From: Candidatus Aenigmarchaeota archaeon LH_S7
GTDB lineage: Archaea; Aenigmatarchaeota; Aenigmatarchaeia; QMZS01
NCBI GenBank assembly: GCA_023659895.1
Contig: JAGXOL010000002.1
Coordinates: 4,388 to 68,387, forward strand
Reading direction: 5' to 3'
Length of the DNA stretch: 64,000 bases
Shown piece by piece: positions 39,206 through 49,097 of this stretch. Under the pieces are notes generated by a model. It ran no database searches. It was not told the DNA's origin and was given only the letters and a program-made list of their open reading frames with translations. Made by a program: the position numbers and the translations under genes. Position 1 is the stretch's first letter; each line of letters starts with the position of its first letter.

Positions 39206-40591
39206 TTACCTATTGGGAAAAGGTATCTCAACTTTTTTAGATAAATCACAATCTGCATCTGATTTTATGTAATAACCTTGTCCTAACTCAAATTTTGTTG
39301 GATGCTCCCAACTATCTGTTTTTGGGTTCCATTTCCAGACTTTATAGCCTTCATAAGGAACTAAATGATCTTCACAAGCCCCTAAAATTTGCTCTAAATT
39401 AGTTTCTCCAGGACTAATCATATTCCAACCTTTGTAAATTTTTTGTCTCTCAAACTCAAATTTCTTTCCCGTGATATTTACAATACAGTCCACATTGACC
39501 TTTACATAATACCCTTTCCCAAGTTCCAAAACTGTTGGATGACTCCACTCATCTATAGTTGTGTCCCAATACCAAACTTTATAGTCTTTGTAAGGAACTA
39601 ACTCACAAGTTTTTTCTATTTCTGAGACTGAAATAGGTCTTGTAACTGGAGAAGAAATCATATTCCATCCTCTGTAAAGTTTTAAACTACGAGTCTCATT
39701 TCTTATGCAGGCACCATCTTCACAACCATTTGGACAGGTATAAGTCTTTGACTCAATTTTACCTCCTTTTTCACAGTAATGTTCTAACATATTTCCTCCA
39801 AGTTGTAAGCAGAAATCTTTTGGCTTAATTGCTTCACAAATTTTTTTACCTTCCCTTATATAACATCTACTAACAATTCCTTTTTTATAATAGTTTATTC
39901 CTCCGTCTGAGTCTTTGCAATAATATTTGCAATCTTTTGAGCAAGTTTCTGGGGTTTCGTTTCCATTGCAGATTCTATCACCACAATAAGTTCTTGATAT
40001 TGGTGTTATGTTCTTTTCTACAACAATATCAATATCAACCCTTGCTCCATCTGGACAAAGACAACAACCCCCACAACCAGATCCAGATTGCCACTCTATT
40101 TTACCTATGGTTTTATTTACATTACAATAGGTATCTATTAAAACATTATTCGAGCTATAGGTATCTGAAGTAATAGAACATTTTACAACTTTGGTTATCT
40201 TCCAATCTGAATCTGGATTTGATTTAATCCAACCAGCATTCTGAGGTTGACCTTTTCCACAATCAGCATCAGACCTCCCCCTCACCAAAATTTTGTATTT
40301 ATATTTATTAGAGTTTATATATTTCCTCTCTATATCCCAAGCATCAGGATAATAACGATATTTTCCATCATAAGAACAATATCTATTAGAAGTTGTGTAA
40401 GTATTATCAGAAGCATTTAAATCTGCATAGTAAGTTTCTCCATCTTTAGCAACATTTCCAAATATTTGTGACTGATTAGAATTATACTCATAATCTGTTG
40501 TAGTAAATTGTGCTGAAATATCCCAAGCATAAACTGTTCCGCTTAATAGGATAAATCCAAAAATTAATGATAGACACACTTTTATTTTCAT
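39206..40591 (-). CDS. Secreted Cys-rich surface protein with duplicated C-terminal module
   Basis: Signal peptide, CGDRICNG, CKDSDGG, two Y(R/K)GWNMIS...PY..YKVW.W...W.HPT..ELG.GYY repeats. Confidence 0.75.
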   Translation of the reverse strand: MKIKVCLSLIFGFILLSGTVYAWDISAQFTTTDYEYNSNQSQIFGNVAKDGETYYADLNASDNTYTTSNRYCSYDGKYRYYPDAWDIERKYINSNKYKYKILVRGRSDADCGKGQPQNAGWIKSNPDSDWKITKVVKCSITSDTYSSNNVLIDTYCNVNKTIGKIEWQSGSGCGGCCLCPDGARVDIDIVVEKNITPISRTYCGDRICNGNETPETCSKDCKYYCKDSDGGINYYKKGIVSRCYIREGKKICEAIKPKDFCLQLGGNMLEHYCEKGGKIESKTYTCPNGCEDGACIRNETRSLKLYRGWNMISSPVTRPISVSEIEKTCELVPYKDYKVWYWDTTIDEWSHPTVLELGKGYYVKVNVDCIVNITGKKFEFERQKIYKGWNMISPGETNLEQILGACEDHLVPYEGYKVWKWNPKTDSWEHPTKFELGQGYYIKSDADCDLSKKVEIPFPNR

Positions 40592-40749
40592 ATATTTTTT
40601 GTCTTTTAAGAGTTTCAAACCATATAAAATAAGATAATATATATATTCTACTATCATAATAGTTTTTAAATAGTATTTTGTACTTTGCAAAGATATAGGC
40701 AACACTCCCATAAAAATATATAAATAAAAAACTTTAAATAATTCTATCT

Positions 40750-40872
40750 AACTATATTCCAAACTCTCTTTGGTGCTCTTAGGTCGTTCTCTAAACCTTT
40801 TATTCCTTTTTCTATCAATCTCTCAGCCTATTTAAGTATTATCTTCTTTGTTGTGTTATAGATTTGGCATAA
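40750..40872 (-). pseudogene. Transposase HTH remnant (IS481/IS630-like)
   Basis: CQIYNTTKKIILK*AERLIEKGIKGLENDLRAPKRVWN. Confidence 0.4.
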
Positions 40873-40909
40873 AATGGATTTAAAAAACTTTGATCCAAGG
40901 ATTGTTTAA

Positions 40910-41734
40910 TTAGCAATGACCCTTGTACCTGTGCTCCAAGACTATCTCCCCAAAAGAGTTTATTAAATAAACAATGTCACCTTCACAATCATTGTTCCAA
41001 ACAGCACTGCAACCTTTTCCTGAATGGTTCCAGTATAACTCGTTTTTTGTGTTCTCACCAGCTCCTGTATAAATAGTTAACTTGCCATAAGGCTCAAGCT
41101 CTGATTTTGGTAGTAAATAAGAATTGTCATCACTGTCTTGAATCTTCCACTTTGTTAAATCACATGAAATGTTACAGAAATTCTTGAAAACAACATATTC
41201 ATCATTCAAGTTATAGCAATCATTATCATTTGCATCCCAATTAATATAAGAAATTCCTATACAAGTATCATCGCATTTTTCCTTTACTCCGCAAAGGTTA
41301 ATATCTTCTTTCAAGCAGTTCTGCCAAGCCTCTTGTATCTCTGATTTATGCTTAAGGTTTTCCAGGATATAGGGTTTTGCATAACCTTCCCTAACCAATT
41401 TGATGTTAACCATTTCTCCATCTACGTAAACATATCTCAACCATCTCCCATACTTGTCTTTATCCTTAAAGTCCTTCTTCAAAATTACTTTTTTATTGCC
41501 AATTAATTCCTTCAACCTATCTTTTGCTTCCTCATAATATTCCTGTCCCTTTTCCGGAGAATTTATTCCCAACAATCTAACATACTCACCATTTTCCAGT
41601 CTTATTGTGTCACCATCCACAACATTTACAATCTTAAATTTCTCTTCTGAGGTCAGGAACAAAAATGATAAAACTAAAGTTGCTAGGATTGCTATGGAAG
41701 CGAAAATCAAATAATTTCTTTTTTTCTTCTTCAT
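40910..41734 (-). CDS. Membrane-anchored thermonuclease (SNase) plus lamin-tail domain
   Basis: VVDGDT, VRLLGINSPE, DKYGRWLRYV; C-terminal NDEYV...VWNN..GD. Confidence 0.9.
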   Translation of the reverse strand: MKKKKRNYLIFASIAILATLVLSFLFLTSEEKFKIVNVVDGDTIRLENGEYVRLLGINSPEKGQEYYEEAKDRLKELIGNKKVILKKDFKDKDKYGRWLRYVYVDGEMVNIKLVREGYAKPYILENLKHKSEIQEAWQNCLKEDINLCGVKEKCDDTCIGISYINWDANDNDCYNLNDEYVVFKNFCNISCDLTKWKIQDSDDNSYLLPKSELEPYGKLTIYTGAGENTKNELYWNHSGKGCSAVWNNDCEGDIVYLINSFGEIVLEHRYKGHC

Positions 41735-41760
41735 AAAAATAATTTTAAAGTGTTATTAAA

Positions 41761-42078
41761 TTACTCTTTCATCTTTACTTCAATATTTACATTGTGTGGT
41801 ATCTGCAATCTCATTATTTGGTGCAAAGCTCTCTCAGTTTCCCCTATTTCAAGCAGTCTCTTGTGCACTCTCATCTCCCATCTGTCAAATTTTGCATTTC
41901 CATGACCTGTACCTGTTTTCATTTGTCTCATCACAGGTATTCTCAAAGTCTTGGTTGGCAAAGGAATAGGACCGCGAACACTTGCTCCTAATTTTTCCAC
42001 AAGCTCTTTTATATTTATAGCTGTCTCATCAAGACTTTCCTTATCCTTGCTCCAAAGCTTTATTCTTGCTTTTTGCAT
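41761..42078 (-). CDS. rps10: 30S ribosomal protein S10 (uS10)
   Basis: KARIKL, GPIPLPT, WEMRVHKRL. Confidence 0.96.
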   Translation of the reverse strand: MQKARIKLWSKDKESLDETAINIKELVEKLGASVRGPIPLPTKTLRIPVMRQMKTGTGHGNAKFDRWEMRVHKRLLEIGETERALHQIMRLQIPHNVNIEVKMKE

Positions 42079-42153
42079 AAAATTTAACAAAATTTAATAA
42101 ATAAGTGTTGTTTTTTTCTTAACAATGAAGCAAGTATTTCTAAAAAAATAGTA

Positions 42154-43119
42154 TAGGGGTGTGTGAAATAAACCAAATTAATAGATGGAAGCAGGTAATA
42201 TTATAAGACATTTGGTAAACAAAGGGATGGTTCCATCTCAGAAAGGCAGAGGTAGAAGAGGATATAGAAATGTACCAAGAACAAGAACTTTAATTTACCA
42301 GAAAATTAGAGGATTCAATGATTGCCAGTTAATCAGACATTTAAAAGCAAATCCAAAAGTTAGAAGAAGCCTTGGATTAACAGGAGTTCCAGACAGGTCA
42401 AGACTCAGTGTCTGGAAGAATCTATATTCGGATCTTGTGATAACTGCCTTCAACAAATTGTCATCAATAATCCAGATGATAATTCCAACAGACATGTTAG
42501 TTGCGGATTCAACTCCTTTAGTGGATGAAGAAGATCCAGATGCAAAAGTTGGTTTTAATTCAAGAGGGGCATTCAAAGGATTTAAAACACATCTTTCTGT
42601 AAACCATCTTGGATTGCCTCTAAAGGCAATTTTAACAACAGGCAATAAACATGATTCCCCTTTCTTACCAGAGTTATTGGTCTCAGGTAAACTTGCTTTA
42701 GCAGATGCTGGTTATGATTCAGAGGCCAATAGAAAAGCTTGTAGAGAGAAAGGGGCAAAACCAGTAATTGCAAAAAACAGGAGGAACACCAAGAAAAGAC
42801 GTTGGACTCCAAAAATACTGAAGAAAAAGAGATATATTGTTGAGCAGTTCAATTCAATTATCAAGAACTCAATGGATAAATGTTGGCAGAAGGTTAGAGG
42901 AATCATAAGAAAAACATCTGTTGTTTTTGCTTCATTGAGTGCAATATTGCTCACTGCTATTGACAGTATTATCAATAACAAAACAAGTCTCAGGGAATTC
43001 AGCAGATTTAGAATCTAAAATAGTAAGGTGGAAATTATCTCTTTAGTGGGAGCATGTGTGCGAAATTAGGCTTCCTGTAGAGAGTTGATTAGTTGGTTAT
43101 TTTATTTCGCACACCCTTA
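42154..43119 (+). mobile_element. IS4/IS5-superfamily insertion sequence, copy B
   Basis: TIRs TAGGGGTGTGTGAAATAAA / TAAGGGTGTGCGAAATAAA; direct repeat AAAATAGTA (42145-42153, 43120-43128). Confidence 0.92.
42185..43018 (+). CDS. DDE transposase, close paralogue of 14864..15745
   Basis: VADSTP, GNKHDS, ADAGYDS, RYIVEQFNS. Confidence 0.92.
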   Translation: MEAGNIIRHLVNKGMVPSQKGRGRRGYRNVPRTRTLIYQKIRGFNDCQLIRHLKANPKVRRSLGLTGVPDRSRLSVWKNLYSDLVITAFNKLSSIIQMIIPTDMLVADSTPLVDEEDPDAKVGFNSRGAFKGFKTHLSVNHLGLPLKAILTTGNKHDSPFLPELLVSGKLALADAGYDSEANRKACREKGAKPVIAKNRRNTKKRRWTPKILKKKRYIVEQFNSIIKNSMDKCWQKVRGIIRKTSVVFASLSAILLTAIDSIINNKTSLREFSRFRI

Positions 43120-43154
43120 AAAATAGTATTTAAAAATTTAAAACATATTACACT

Positions 43155-44783
43155 ATGGATGGATTAAATCAGCCAATAATGGTATTGTCGGAAAATTCGT
43201 TTCGACAGACAGGAAAAGATGCTCAGAAAGCAAATATAACAGCAGCTACTAATTTAGCAGAATCTATAAGAAGCACTTTAGGACCAAGAGGAATGGACAA
43301 GATGCTTGTTGATAGCGTGGGAGACATCACAATAACAAACGATGGTGTAACAATATTGAATGGAATGGAAATTCAACATCCAGCAGCAAAGATAATGGTG
43401 GAAATCGCAAAAACCCAGGAGCAAGAAGTAGGTGATGGAACAACTACTGCTGTAGTACTCGCAGGAAATCTCTTAAAAAATGCAGAGGACTTACTAGACC
43501 AAGGAATCCACAGGACAACAATAATTGAAGGTTATAGATTAGCAGTAAAGAAAGCCACTGATTTGTTAGATGAAGTTGCAGTTAAAGTTGGTTTAAATGA
43601 TGAAGAAAGTCTAAAGAAAATTGCTCTCACTGCAATGACAGGAAAGGGAACTGAGGGAGCAAAAGATACGTTGTCAGAACTTGCAATGAAAGCAGTAAAG
43701 TATGTTACTCATGAGAAAAATGGAAAAACTGTTATAAAAACAGATGACATACAAATAGAGAAAAAGCAGGGAAGTTCAATCACTAAAACAGAATTGATTA
43801 AAGGTGTAGTGGTTGATAAGGAAGTTGTTAATTCAGCTATGCCAAGAAATATTAATAGCGCGAAAATCGCTTTGATAAATTCAGCTTTGGAAGTTAAATC
43901 TACTGAAACTGATGCAAAGATATCCATAACAGACCCTGGAAAGATGCAAGAATTTAGTGAGCAGGAAACAAGTATATTAAAAAATTTAGCAGACAAAATA
44001 AAAGAAAGTGGTGCTAATGTGGTATTCTGTCAAAAAGGAATTGATGACACAGTACAATATTATTTGGCTAAGAATGGAATTTTGGCAGCAAGGAGAGTGA
44101 AAGAAGGTGATATAGAAAAATTAGCAAAGGCAACAGGAGCAAAAATAATTTCCAATGTTCAGGAAATTTCTTCTGAAGATTTGGGAGAAGCAGGAGTGGT
44201 AGATGAAAAGAAAATTGGGGAAGACAAGATGATTTTCGTAAGAGAATGCAAGGAACCTAAAGCAGTTTCAATTTTGATCAGAGGAGGAACAGAACACGTA
44301 GTTGAAGAAGCTAAGAGATCTATGGATGATGCAATTTTAGGGATTGCAACAACATTGGATGTAGGCTCTTACGTGTATGGAGGAGGAGCAGTTGAAATAG
44401 AACTAGCAAGAAATTTAAGGAATTATGCAGAAGGAATTGGTGGAAAAGAACAATTAGCTATAAATAGTTTCGCTGAGTCTTTGGAAATAGTTCCTAGAAC
44501 TTTGGCGGAAAGCACAGGGAAGGATGCAGTAGAATTATTAGTTTCTGGAAAGAGCAAGCATGAATCAGGAGAAACAAACTATGGAATAGATGTTTACAAT
44601 GGGAAGATAGCAGACATGGAAAAGCAAGGTGTTGTAGAGCCAACAAAAATAAAGCTTCAAGCAATAAGTTCAGCTTCAGAAGTAACAGAGATGATCTTGA
44701 GGATAGACGATGTGATAACATCAGGTAAATCAAGTGGTCAAGGAGAACAGCAAATGCCACCTGGAATGGGTGGAGGAATGTAA
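43155..44783 (+). CDS. ths: Thermosome (group II chaperonin) subunit
   Basis: [23 protein letters not shown] tail. Confidence 0.97.
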   Translation: MDGLNQPIMVLSENSFRQTGKDAQKANITAATNLAESIRSTLGPRGMDKMLVDSVGDITITNDGVTILNGMEIQHPAAKIMVEIAKTQEQEVGDGTTTAVVLAGNLLKNAEDLLDQGIHRTTIIEGYRLAVKKATDLLDEVAVKVGLNDEESLKKIALTAMTGKGTEGAKDTLSELAMKAVKYVTHEKNGKTVIKTDDIQIEKKQGSSITKTELIKGVVVDKEVVNSAMPRNINSAKIALINSALEVKSTETDAKISITDPGKMQEFSEQETSILKNLADKIKESGANVVFCQKGIDDTVQYYLAKNGILAARRVKEGDIEKLAKATGAKIISNVQEISSEDLGEAGVVDEKKIGEDKMIFVRECKEPKAVSILIRGGTEHVVEEAKRSMDDAILGIATTLDVGSYVYGGGAVEIELARNLRNYAEGIGGKEQLAINSFAESLEIVPRTLAESTGKDAVELLVSGKSKHESGETNYGIDVYNGKIADMEKQGVVEPTKIKLQAISSASEVTEMILRIDDVITSGKSSGQGEQQMPPGMGGGM

Positions 44784-44814
44784 TTTTTGTTTTTTTTTGT
44801 TATTTTATTAATTT

Positions 44815-45978
44815 ATGGAATCTAAACTTGAATTAGTAATAATTCTATCTCATGAACTAAATGAAAAAAAGTTTGGAGATATTAAAGAAAAAATTAAAAG
44901 TTTAGATGATGTTGTTTCTGTGGATTATAGTGCAAACAGAGTTTACATTAATATACAGGGAAATAAAGACTTCTCAAATTTCATCTTTGATATTCGTGAA
45001 AAAATGAAACAATGGTTAAAAGAATACAAGATAGGGGTTAGGGATTTTTTCATACTTAATTACGAGATAACAATCTCTGCAAATTTTGTTGGTAAGATGA
45101 ATGTACCAGTAGCAAAAAGTGTGGTAGGTAATGGAAAAAGCTGCAAGATCGTTTTCAAAGGCTTGGAGAAAGAATTCCTGAGGAGAGGTATTATAGGTAA
45201 AACCATAAAGCTAGTTCATGATAAGAGCAGAGAGAAAAAGGAAAAAACTTTTTTTGATAACAAATTGGAATCCAAAAAGAGAAAAAGTTTGAAAGACAAG
45301 GTAAAGAAAGGTGTTATAAAGAACAAGAATTTTTATTTGCCTGAAGGAGCAGAGGAGATTTCCAATTTAAAAGAGAATTTAGTTGCAAAATTGAAAGAAA
45401 ATTTTGATTGCAATGAGATTTTTGTCCCAAAGAAAGTGCCACTAAGCCTGCTTGAAGAAAAAAATATATTTGATTTAATACCTAGAAAAGCTTTCTCTTA
45501 TTTTTCCTCAGTTCCTGAAAAAAAGGAACTGCTTTATGAAATTTCTTTTTTAACAGGGAAGATTCCAAGAATAGAAACAAAAAACAAATCAATTCTTTTC
45601 AATGAGATTCCATTAACCTTATTCAAAGCTTTGGAAAATACTAATCTCGCGGGAAATAACTATTATTACATTGAGGAACTCAAGATAAACCTTGCCTTTT
45701 TTGAAAATGGTGGCTATAATGAATTAAGGAAAAAGATAATTGAATTTTTTAGAGAGATTCTTGATGAAAAAGAAGTGAGGTACAGAATTTTGGAAAACAA
45801 GTTTACCTTGAGAAACAGGGAAGTAGAATATTACAAATTTGAGGTGAAAGCAGGAAGGAAGTGGAAAAAGGTTGTGGATGTTTTGTTTCCCACAGATGTT
45901 TACACAAGTATTTTCAAGATTAGAGGAAGGAGCGCGCATGCAACAATAGATTTAGATAAGATGTTTTTTATAAATTAA
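44815..45978 (+). CDS. Divergent homologue of methanogen-type seryl-tRNA synthetase lacking catalytic motifs
   Basis: KEYKIGVRD, NVPVAKSV, RRGIIGKTIKLV.DK, EIFVPKKVP and LTGKIP recall the SerRS2 N-domain and motif 1; motif 2/3 and Zn cysteines not recognisable. Confidence 0.55.
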   Translation: MESKLELVIILSHELNEKKFGDIKEKIKSLDDVVSVDYSANRVYINIQGNKDFSNFIFDIREKMKQWLKEYKIGVRDFFILNYEITISANFVGKMNVPVAKSVVGNGKSCKIVFKGLEKEFLRRGIIGKTIKLVHDKSREKKEKTFFDNKLESKKRKSLKDKVKKGVIKNKNFYLPEGAEEISNLKENLVAKLKENFDCNEIFVPKKVPLSLLEEKNIFDLIPRKAFSYFSSVPEKKELLYEISFLTGKIPRIETKNKSILFNEIPLTLFKALENTNLAGNNYYYIEELKINLAFFENGGYNELRKKIIEFFREILDEKEVRYRILENKFTLRNREVEYYKFEVKAGRKWKKVVDVLFPTDVYTSIFKIRGRSAHATIDLDKMFFIN

Positions 45979-46293
45979 TTAACTTCAACATCACAAATTT
46001 GTTTTAAACCGTTCGAGGAATACACTTCCAAGAGGTTTTCAGTAGCTTCTTTTAAAGTAAAACCATTTGAAAAAGGTACCTTTTCCTCTTCTCCATTTAT
46101 CATTTCTGCTTTCTCCAATAAATCCAAAGGTAATCTTTCAGCTAGCTCATACCTTATCAATGTGTCCCCTAGATTAGCATATTTATCAAAGAAATTCGTT
46201 CTTTTTCTTTGTCAAGTATCTTGAGATAATCCAAAAAATAAATTTCCGCGCTGTATTTAGTTTCCATACTATAAACTATTTAAAAAATAAGGA

Positions 46294-46866
46294 TTATTTC
46301 CCTCTACTTTCGTTTGACTTTATGCTAGGTCTAATTTTTTCGGTTCCAAAACCTTTCTTTCTCAAACCACGGGATTTCTTTGCAGAACTTGTCTTACCTT
46401 TATAAACCCTTCCTTTGTGCTGTTTTTCTAAAATCCATTTAACATCCTTATCATTCTTGATTTGAGGATGGTTCTTATCTACTAAAATCACTTCATACCA
46501 TCTGTTTATTCCATCATCAGCAGCCCAGTAAGAATTCAAGACTTCTAGATTAGGGAATTTCTTTGATACTCTTTCCTCTGCTATCCATTGCTTGCTTTTT
46601 TTAGCAGGGATTCTTGTTCCCATACTATGAGGTTTCTTACCTTTTCTCTTTATAGGCCTTTTTCTTGTACCCTTCTTTATTCTTACTCTTGTAACAATAA
46701 AACCTTGCTTGGATTTATATCCCAAAGCTTTCGCTCTATCTAATCTTGTTGGTCTCTCTACCTTAGTTACAACATTCTCTTTTCTCCAGGATATTAATCT
46801 CTCTTTATATGGCTTGTTCTCTTTAGGTCTTTTCCAGATTTGCCTTAAATACTTTGTAAAGCTCAT
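46294..46866 (-). CDS. rpl15e: 50S ribosomal protein L15e (eL15)
   Basis: RPTRLDRAKALGYKSKQG, AEER, NLEVLNSYW; start at 46866. Confidence 0.97.
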   Translation of the reverse strand: MSFTKYLRQIWKRPKENKPYKERLISWRKENVVTKVERPTRLDRAKALGYKSKQGFIVTRVRIKKGTRKRPIKRKGKKPHSMGTRIPAKKSKQWIAEERVSKKFPNLEVLNSYWAADDGINRWYEVILVDKNHPQIKNDKDVKWILEKQHKGRVYKGKTSSAKKSRGLRKKGFGTEKIRPSIKSNESRGK

Positions 46867-46892
46867 TATAATTAAAAAAAATAAAATAATAT

Positions 46893-47141
46893 ATGAATCC
46901 AATAATAAAACTGATTGTAGGAATTCTGATAACCCTAGCAGGAATAGCCTGGTATATATTCCCAGAAGCCATAACATCACTTGGATTTAGCATAGACCCT
47001 ATCAACAGCCTTAAAATGATAATTTCAGGGGTAGTGGGCTTAGCATTGATTATAATAGGTGTTCTTTTGATATGGATTGAGGCAGAAGAAATCAGAGAAG
47101 GAAGCCTAAGTAGTAGTGGAGAAAGCAAAGAAGAAAAATAA
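46893..47141 (+). CDS. Small two-TM membrane protein
   Basis: Two hydrophobic helices and a charged tail. Confidence 0.7.
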   Translation: MNPIIKLIVGILITLAGIAWYIFPEAITSLGFSIDPINSLKMIISGVVGLALIIIGVLLIWIEAEEIREGSLSSSGESKEEK

Positions 47142-47167
47142 AATAATTTTATTTTTATTTTTTATTC

Positions 47168-47494
47168 ATGGAACAGATAAACATTGATGATTTTGGGAAA
47201 TTGGACATCAAAATTGGGAAAATATCTAATGCGGAAAAAGTTGAGAACAGTGATAAGCTTTTGAAGTTGGAAGTTGATTTAGGGGGAGAAAAAAGGCAAG
47301 TTGTAGCAGGTATTGCTGAACAATATTCTCCTGAGGAGATTGTTGGAAAACAATTTCCCCTTCTAACAAACCTTAAACCTGTGGAATTGAAAGGTGTGGA
47401 AAGCCAGGGAATGATTCTTGCAGCGGATGAAAACGGGAAACCAATTTTGTTGCACCCTGACAGAGAGGTTAAAGTAGGGAGTAAAATTAGGTGA
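47168..47494 (+). CDS. Trbp111/CsaA-like OB-fold tRNA-binding protein
   Basis: DDFGKLDIKIG, KLLKL.VDLG, NLKP...GVESQGMILAA. Confidence 0.92.
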   Translation: MEQINIDDFGKLDIKIGKISNAEKVENSDKLLKLEVDLGGEKRQVVAGIAEQYSPEEIVGKQFPLLTNLKPVELKGVESQGMILAADENGKPILLHPDREVKVGSKIR

Positions 47495-47649
47495 AAAGGA
47501 AAATACACACCCAAAAACTAAAGCTTATGAATGCCCATATGAGATCTTAGTTATTGGAGAATTCACACAAATATCATCTTCTAAAAGGGAAACTAAATCT
47601 ATTTGGAGTGGGATGATACAAGAAATTATTAAGATTAATTAATTTAATC

Positions 47650-47856
47650 CGCCTCGGGGAGGATTCTCGAACTTCAATGAGGGAATGCGTTGAAAGGAAG
47701 AAATGTGTTCTCCCTTTTAACCTCGAACCTCCGACCTCATGGTTTCTGCAGGTATATAACAGCTTCGCCCGGAACCTTCTTTTTAATCAGGTTTTGACTG
47801 GAAGCGGAAGCTCCAAAAGATTCCGACATGCGCTCTACCTGCTGAGCTACCGAGGC
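47650..47856 (-). tRNA. tRNA-Asn(GTT) with three introns: 30/31 (47764..47826), 37/38 (47744..47756), 59/60 (47664..47721)
   Basis: Spliced form GCCTCGG TA GCTC AGCAGGTA GAGC G CATGG CTGTTAA CCATG AGGTC GGAGG TTCGAGT CCTCC CCGAGGC G; each junction fits a BHB-like motif with a 3' AA bulge. Confidence 0.9.
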
Positions 47857-47905
47857 ATATATTAATAACAAATTAATTTTAATTATTTTTTGTTTTGAGG
47901 AATAT

Positions 47906-48487
47906 TCAAAATCCCCTGTGTTCTTTGTTATATTTTTTCTTAGCTTCTTCAAAATTTTGTAAGTTTAAACTAATTAATACTTTCTGATAAATTCTATCTA
48001 TCTCTTTATGCAATTCTATTGTATCTTTATATTTCTTTGTCAAGTTATTATGAATTAATTCATGAATCAAAATAAGTAAAAGGAGTTTATGATCTTCTTT
48101 ATAACTTAATGTTAGGGGATCTGAAAAAGAGTTTATTTTCCCAAAAACAATATAAACAGGGATATATTCTCTTTCCCAAGGCTTGTTGTTAGAAGCAATT
48201 AATTCTAAAATTTCTTGAACATAATTTTTAAATAAATTTATAAATGGATAACTATCTTTTTTTAATTTAATGAAATCTTGAGAACTAAAAGAAGGGTTAA
48301 AGCTTTTATTATAAATAAATGAGAATCTTATTTCTGTTTTTGGTATCATATATTTACCTGTAAACTCTTTCTTAAAAATGTTTTGATAAACACCTTTCTT
48401 CATTATTTCTGTTTTTTCCTCTTTACTTAACTTTCTGTGTTCTGGATCCAAAACATGTTTTTCCACTTCAAGATCCTTCTTTGCCAT
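47906..48487 (-). CDS. Chimera: RpoH (Rpo5) N-terminal ~30 aa fused to a HEXXH protein (alternative start 48349)
   Basis: KHVLDPEHRKLSKEEK matches the RpoH N-terminus; the rest has SFSDPLTL...LIHELIH. Confidence 0.6.
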   Translation of the reverse strand: MAKKDLEVEKHVLDPEHRKLSKEEKTEIMKKGVYQNIFKKEFTGKYMIPKTEIRFSFIYNKSFNPSFSSQDFIKLKKDSYPFINLFKNYVQEILELIASNNKPWEREYIPVYIVFGKINSFSDPLTLSYKEDHKLLLLILIHELIHNNLTKKYKDTIELHKEIDRIYQKVLISLNLQNFEEAKKKYNKEHRGF

Positions 48488-48514
48488 AATATTCTTTGTT
48501 AAAAACTTTCTTCT

Positions 48515-48715
48515 TTTGGATCAAACCTTCCTTTTTTGCTCAAGCTTTTTTAAAAGCTTGTTTTGATGGAACTTCCTCATAAACCGAAGGTTTATGGGGC
48601 CCCGAAAAACAAAGTTTTTCGAGGTTTTTAAAAGTTCCCTTCTTTTTTTGCTGGAACTTTTTTCTAAAAAGCTCATTCGAACCCGCGACTTTCAGGTGTC
48701 TTCTTTCATAGAGGC
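48515..48715 (-). other. tRNA fragment (positions ~38-59) followed by the intron hairpin array; no D-arm, no 3' exon
   Basis: GCCTCTATGAAAGAAGAC-ACCTGA-AAGTC-GCGGG-TTCGAA then hairpin units and the same 50-nt insert as in tRNA-Arg. Confidence 0.7.
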
Positions 48716-48771
48716 ATATATTATTTACCCTCAAAACTTTAATAACAAATTAATTTTAATTAATTTCAAAA

Positions 48772-49053
48772 TTATTTCCAATATCCTCTTCTCTTCAACT
48801 CCTTCACTTCCTGCTTGTTGTATTTAGCAATTATATCTCCTCTTTCATCAGATTGCAACTCCCATAGCTTAACAATCACAACCATGTTCAAACCTATCCA
48901 AAGACCTCTCTTCAAAGCTCCGGGGATTCTGCAAACTCTTATCTTATCATCCATACAAGCAACTCTAAAATGAGCTCCACCTAGTTTTTCCTCTACTATT
49001 CCTAAGACTTCTCCCTCTTTTGGTAGTCTTAATTTATGTTCTTCCATAATCAA
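48772..49053 (-). CDS. eif1a: Translation initiation factor aIF-1A
   Basis: LRLPKEGEVLG, LGG, RVCRIPG, WI...VIV..W. Confidence 0.95.
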   Translation of the reverse strand: MIMEEHKLRLPKEGEVLGIVEEKLGGAHFRVACMDDKIRVCRIPGALKRGLWIGLNMVVIVKLWELQSDERGDIIAKYNKQEVKELKRRGYWK

Positions 49054-49097
49054 TAATAAGTTTTAGATAGTGCTTAAAATTTAAGGAATTTTAAAAA

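Noticed and set aside
47764..47826. C/D-box sRNA in tRNA-Asn intron 1
   Set aside because: A CTGA is present but there is no recognisable C box (RTGATGA)
47677..47952. ORFs 47677..47865 and 47737..47952 as intron-encoded proteins
   Set aside because: They overlap tRNA-Asn exons, have no recognisable motif and are too short for a homing endonuclease
48540..48827. ORFs 48540..48734 and 48594..48827
   Set aside because: Translations of the hairpin array and the tRNA fragment
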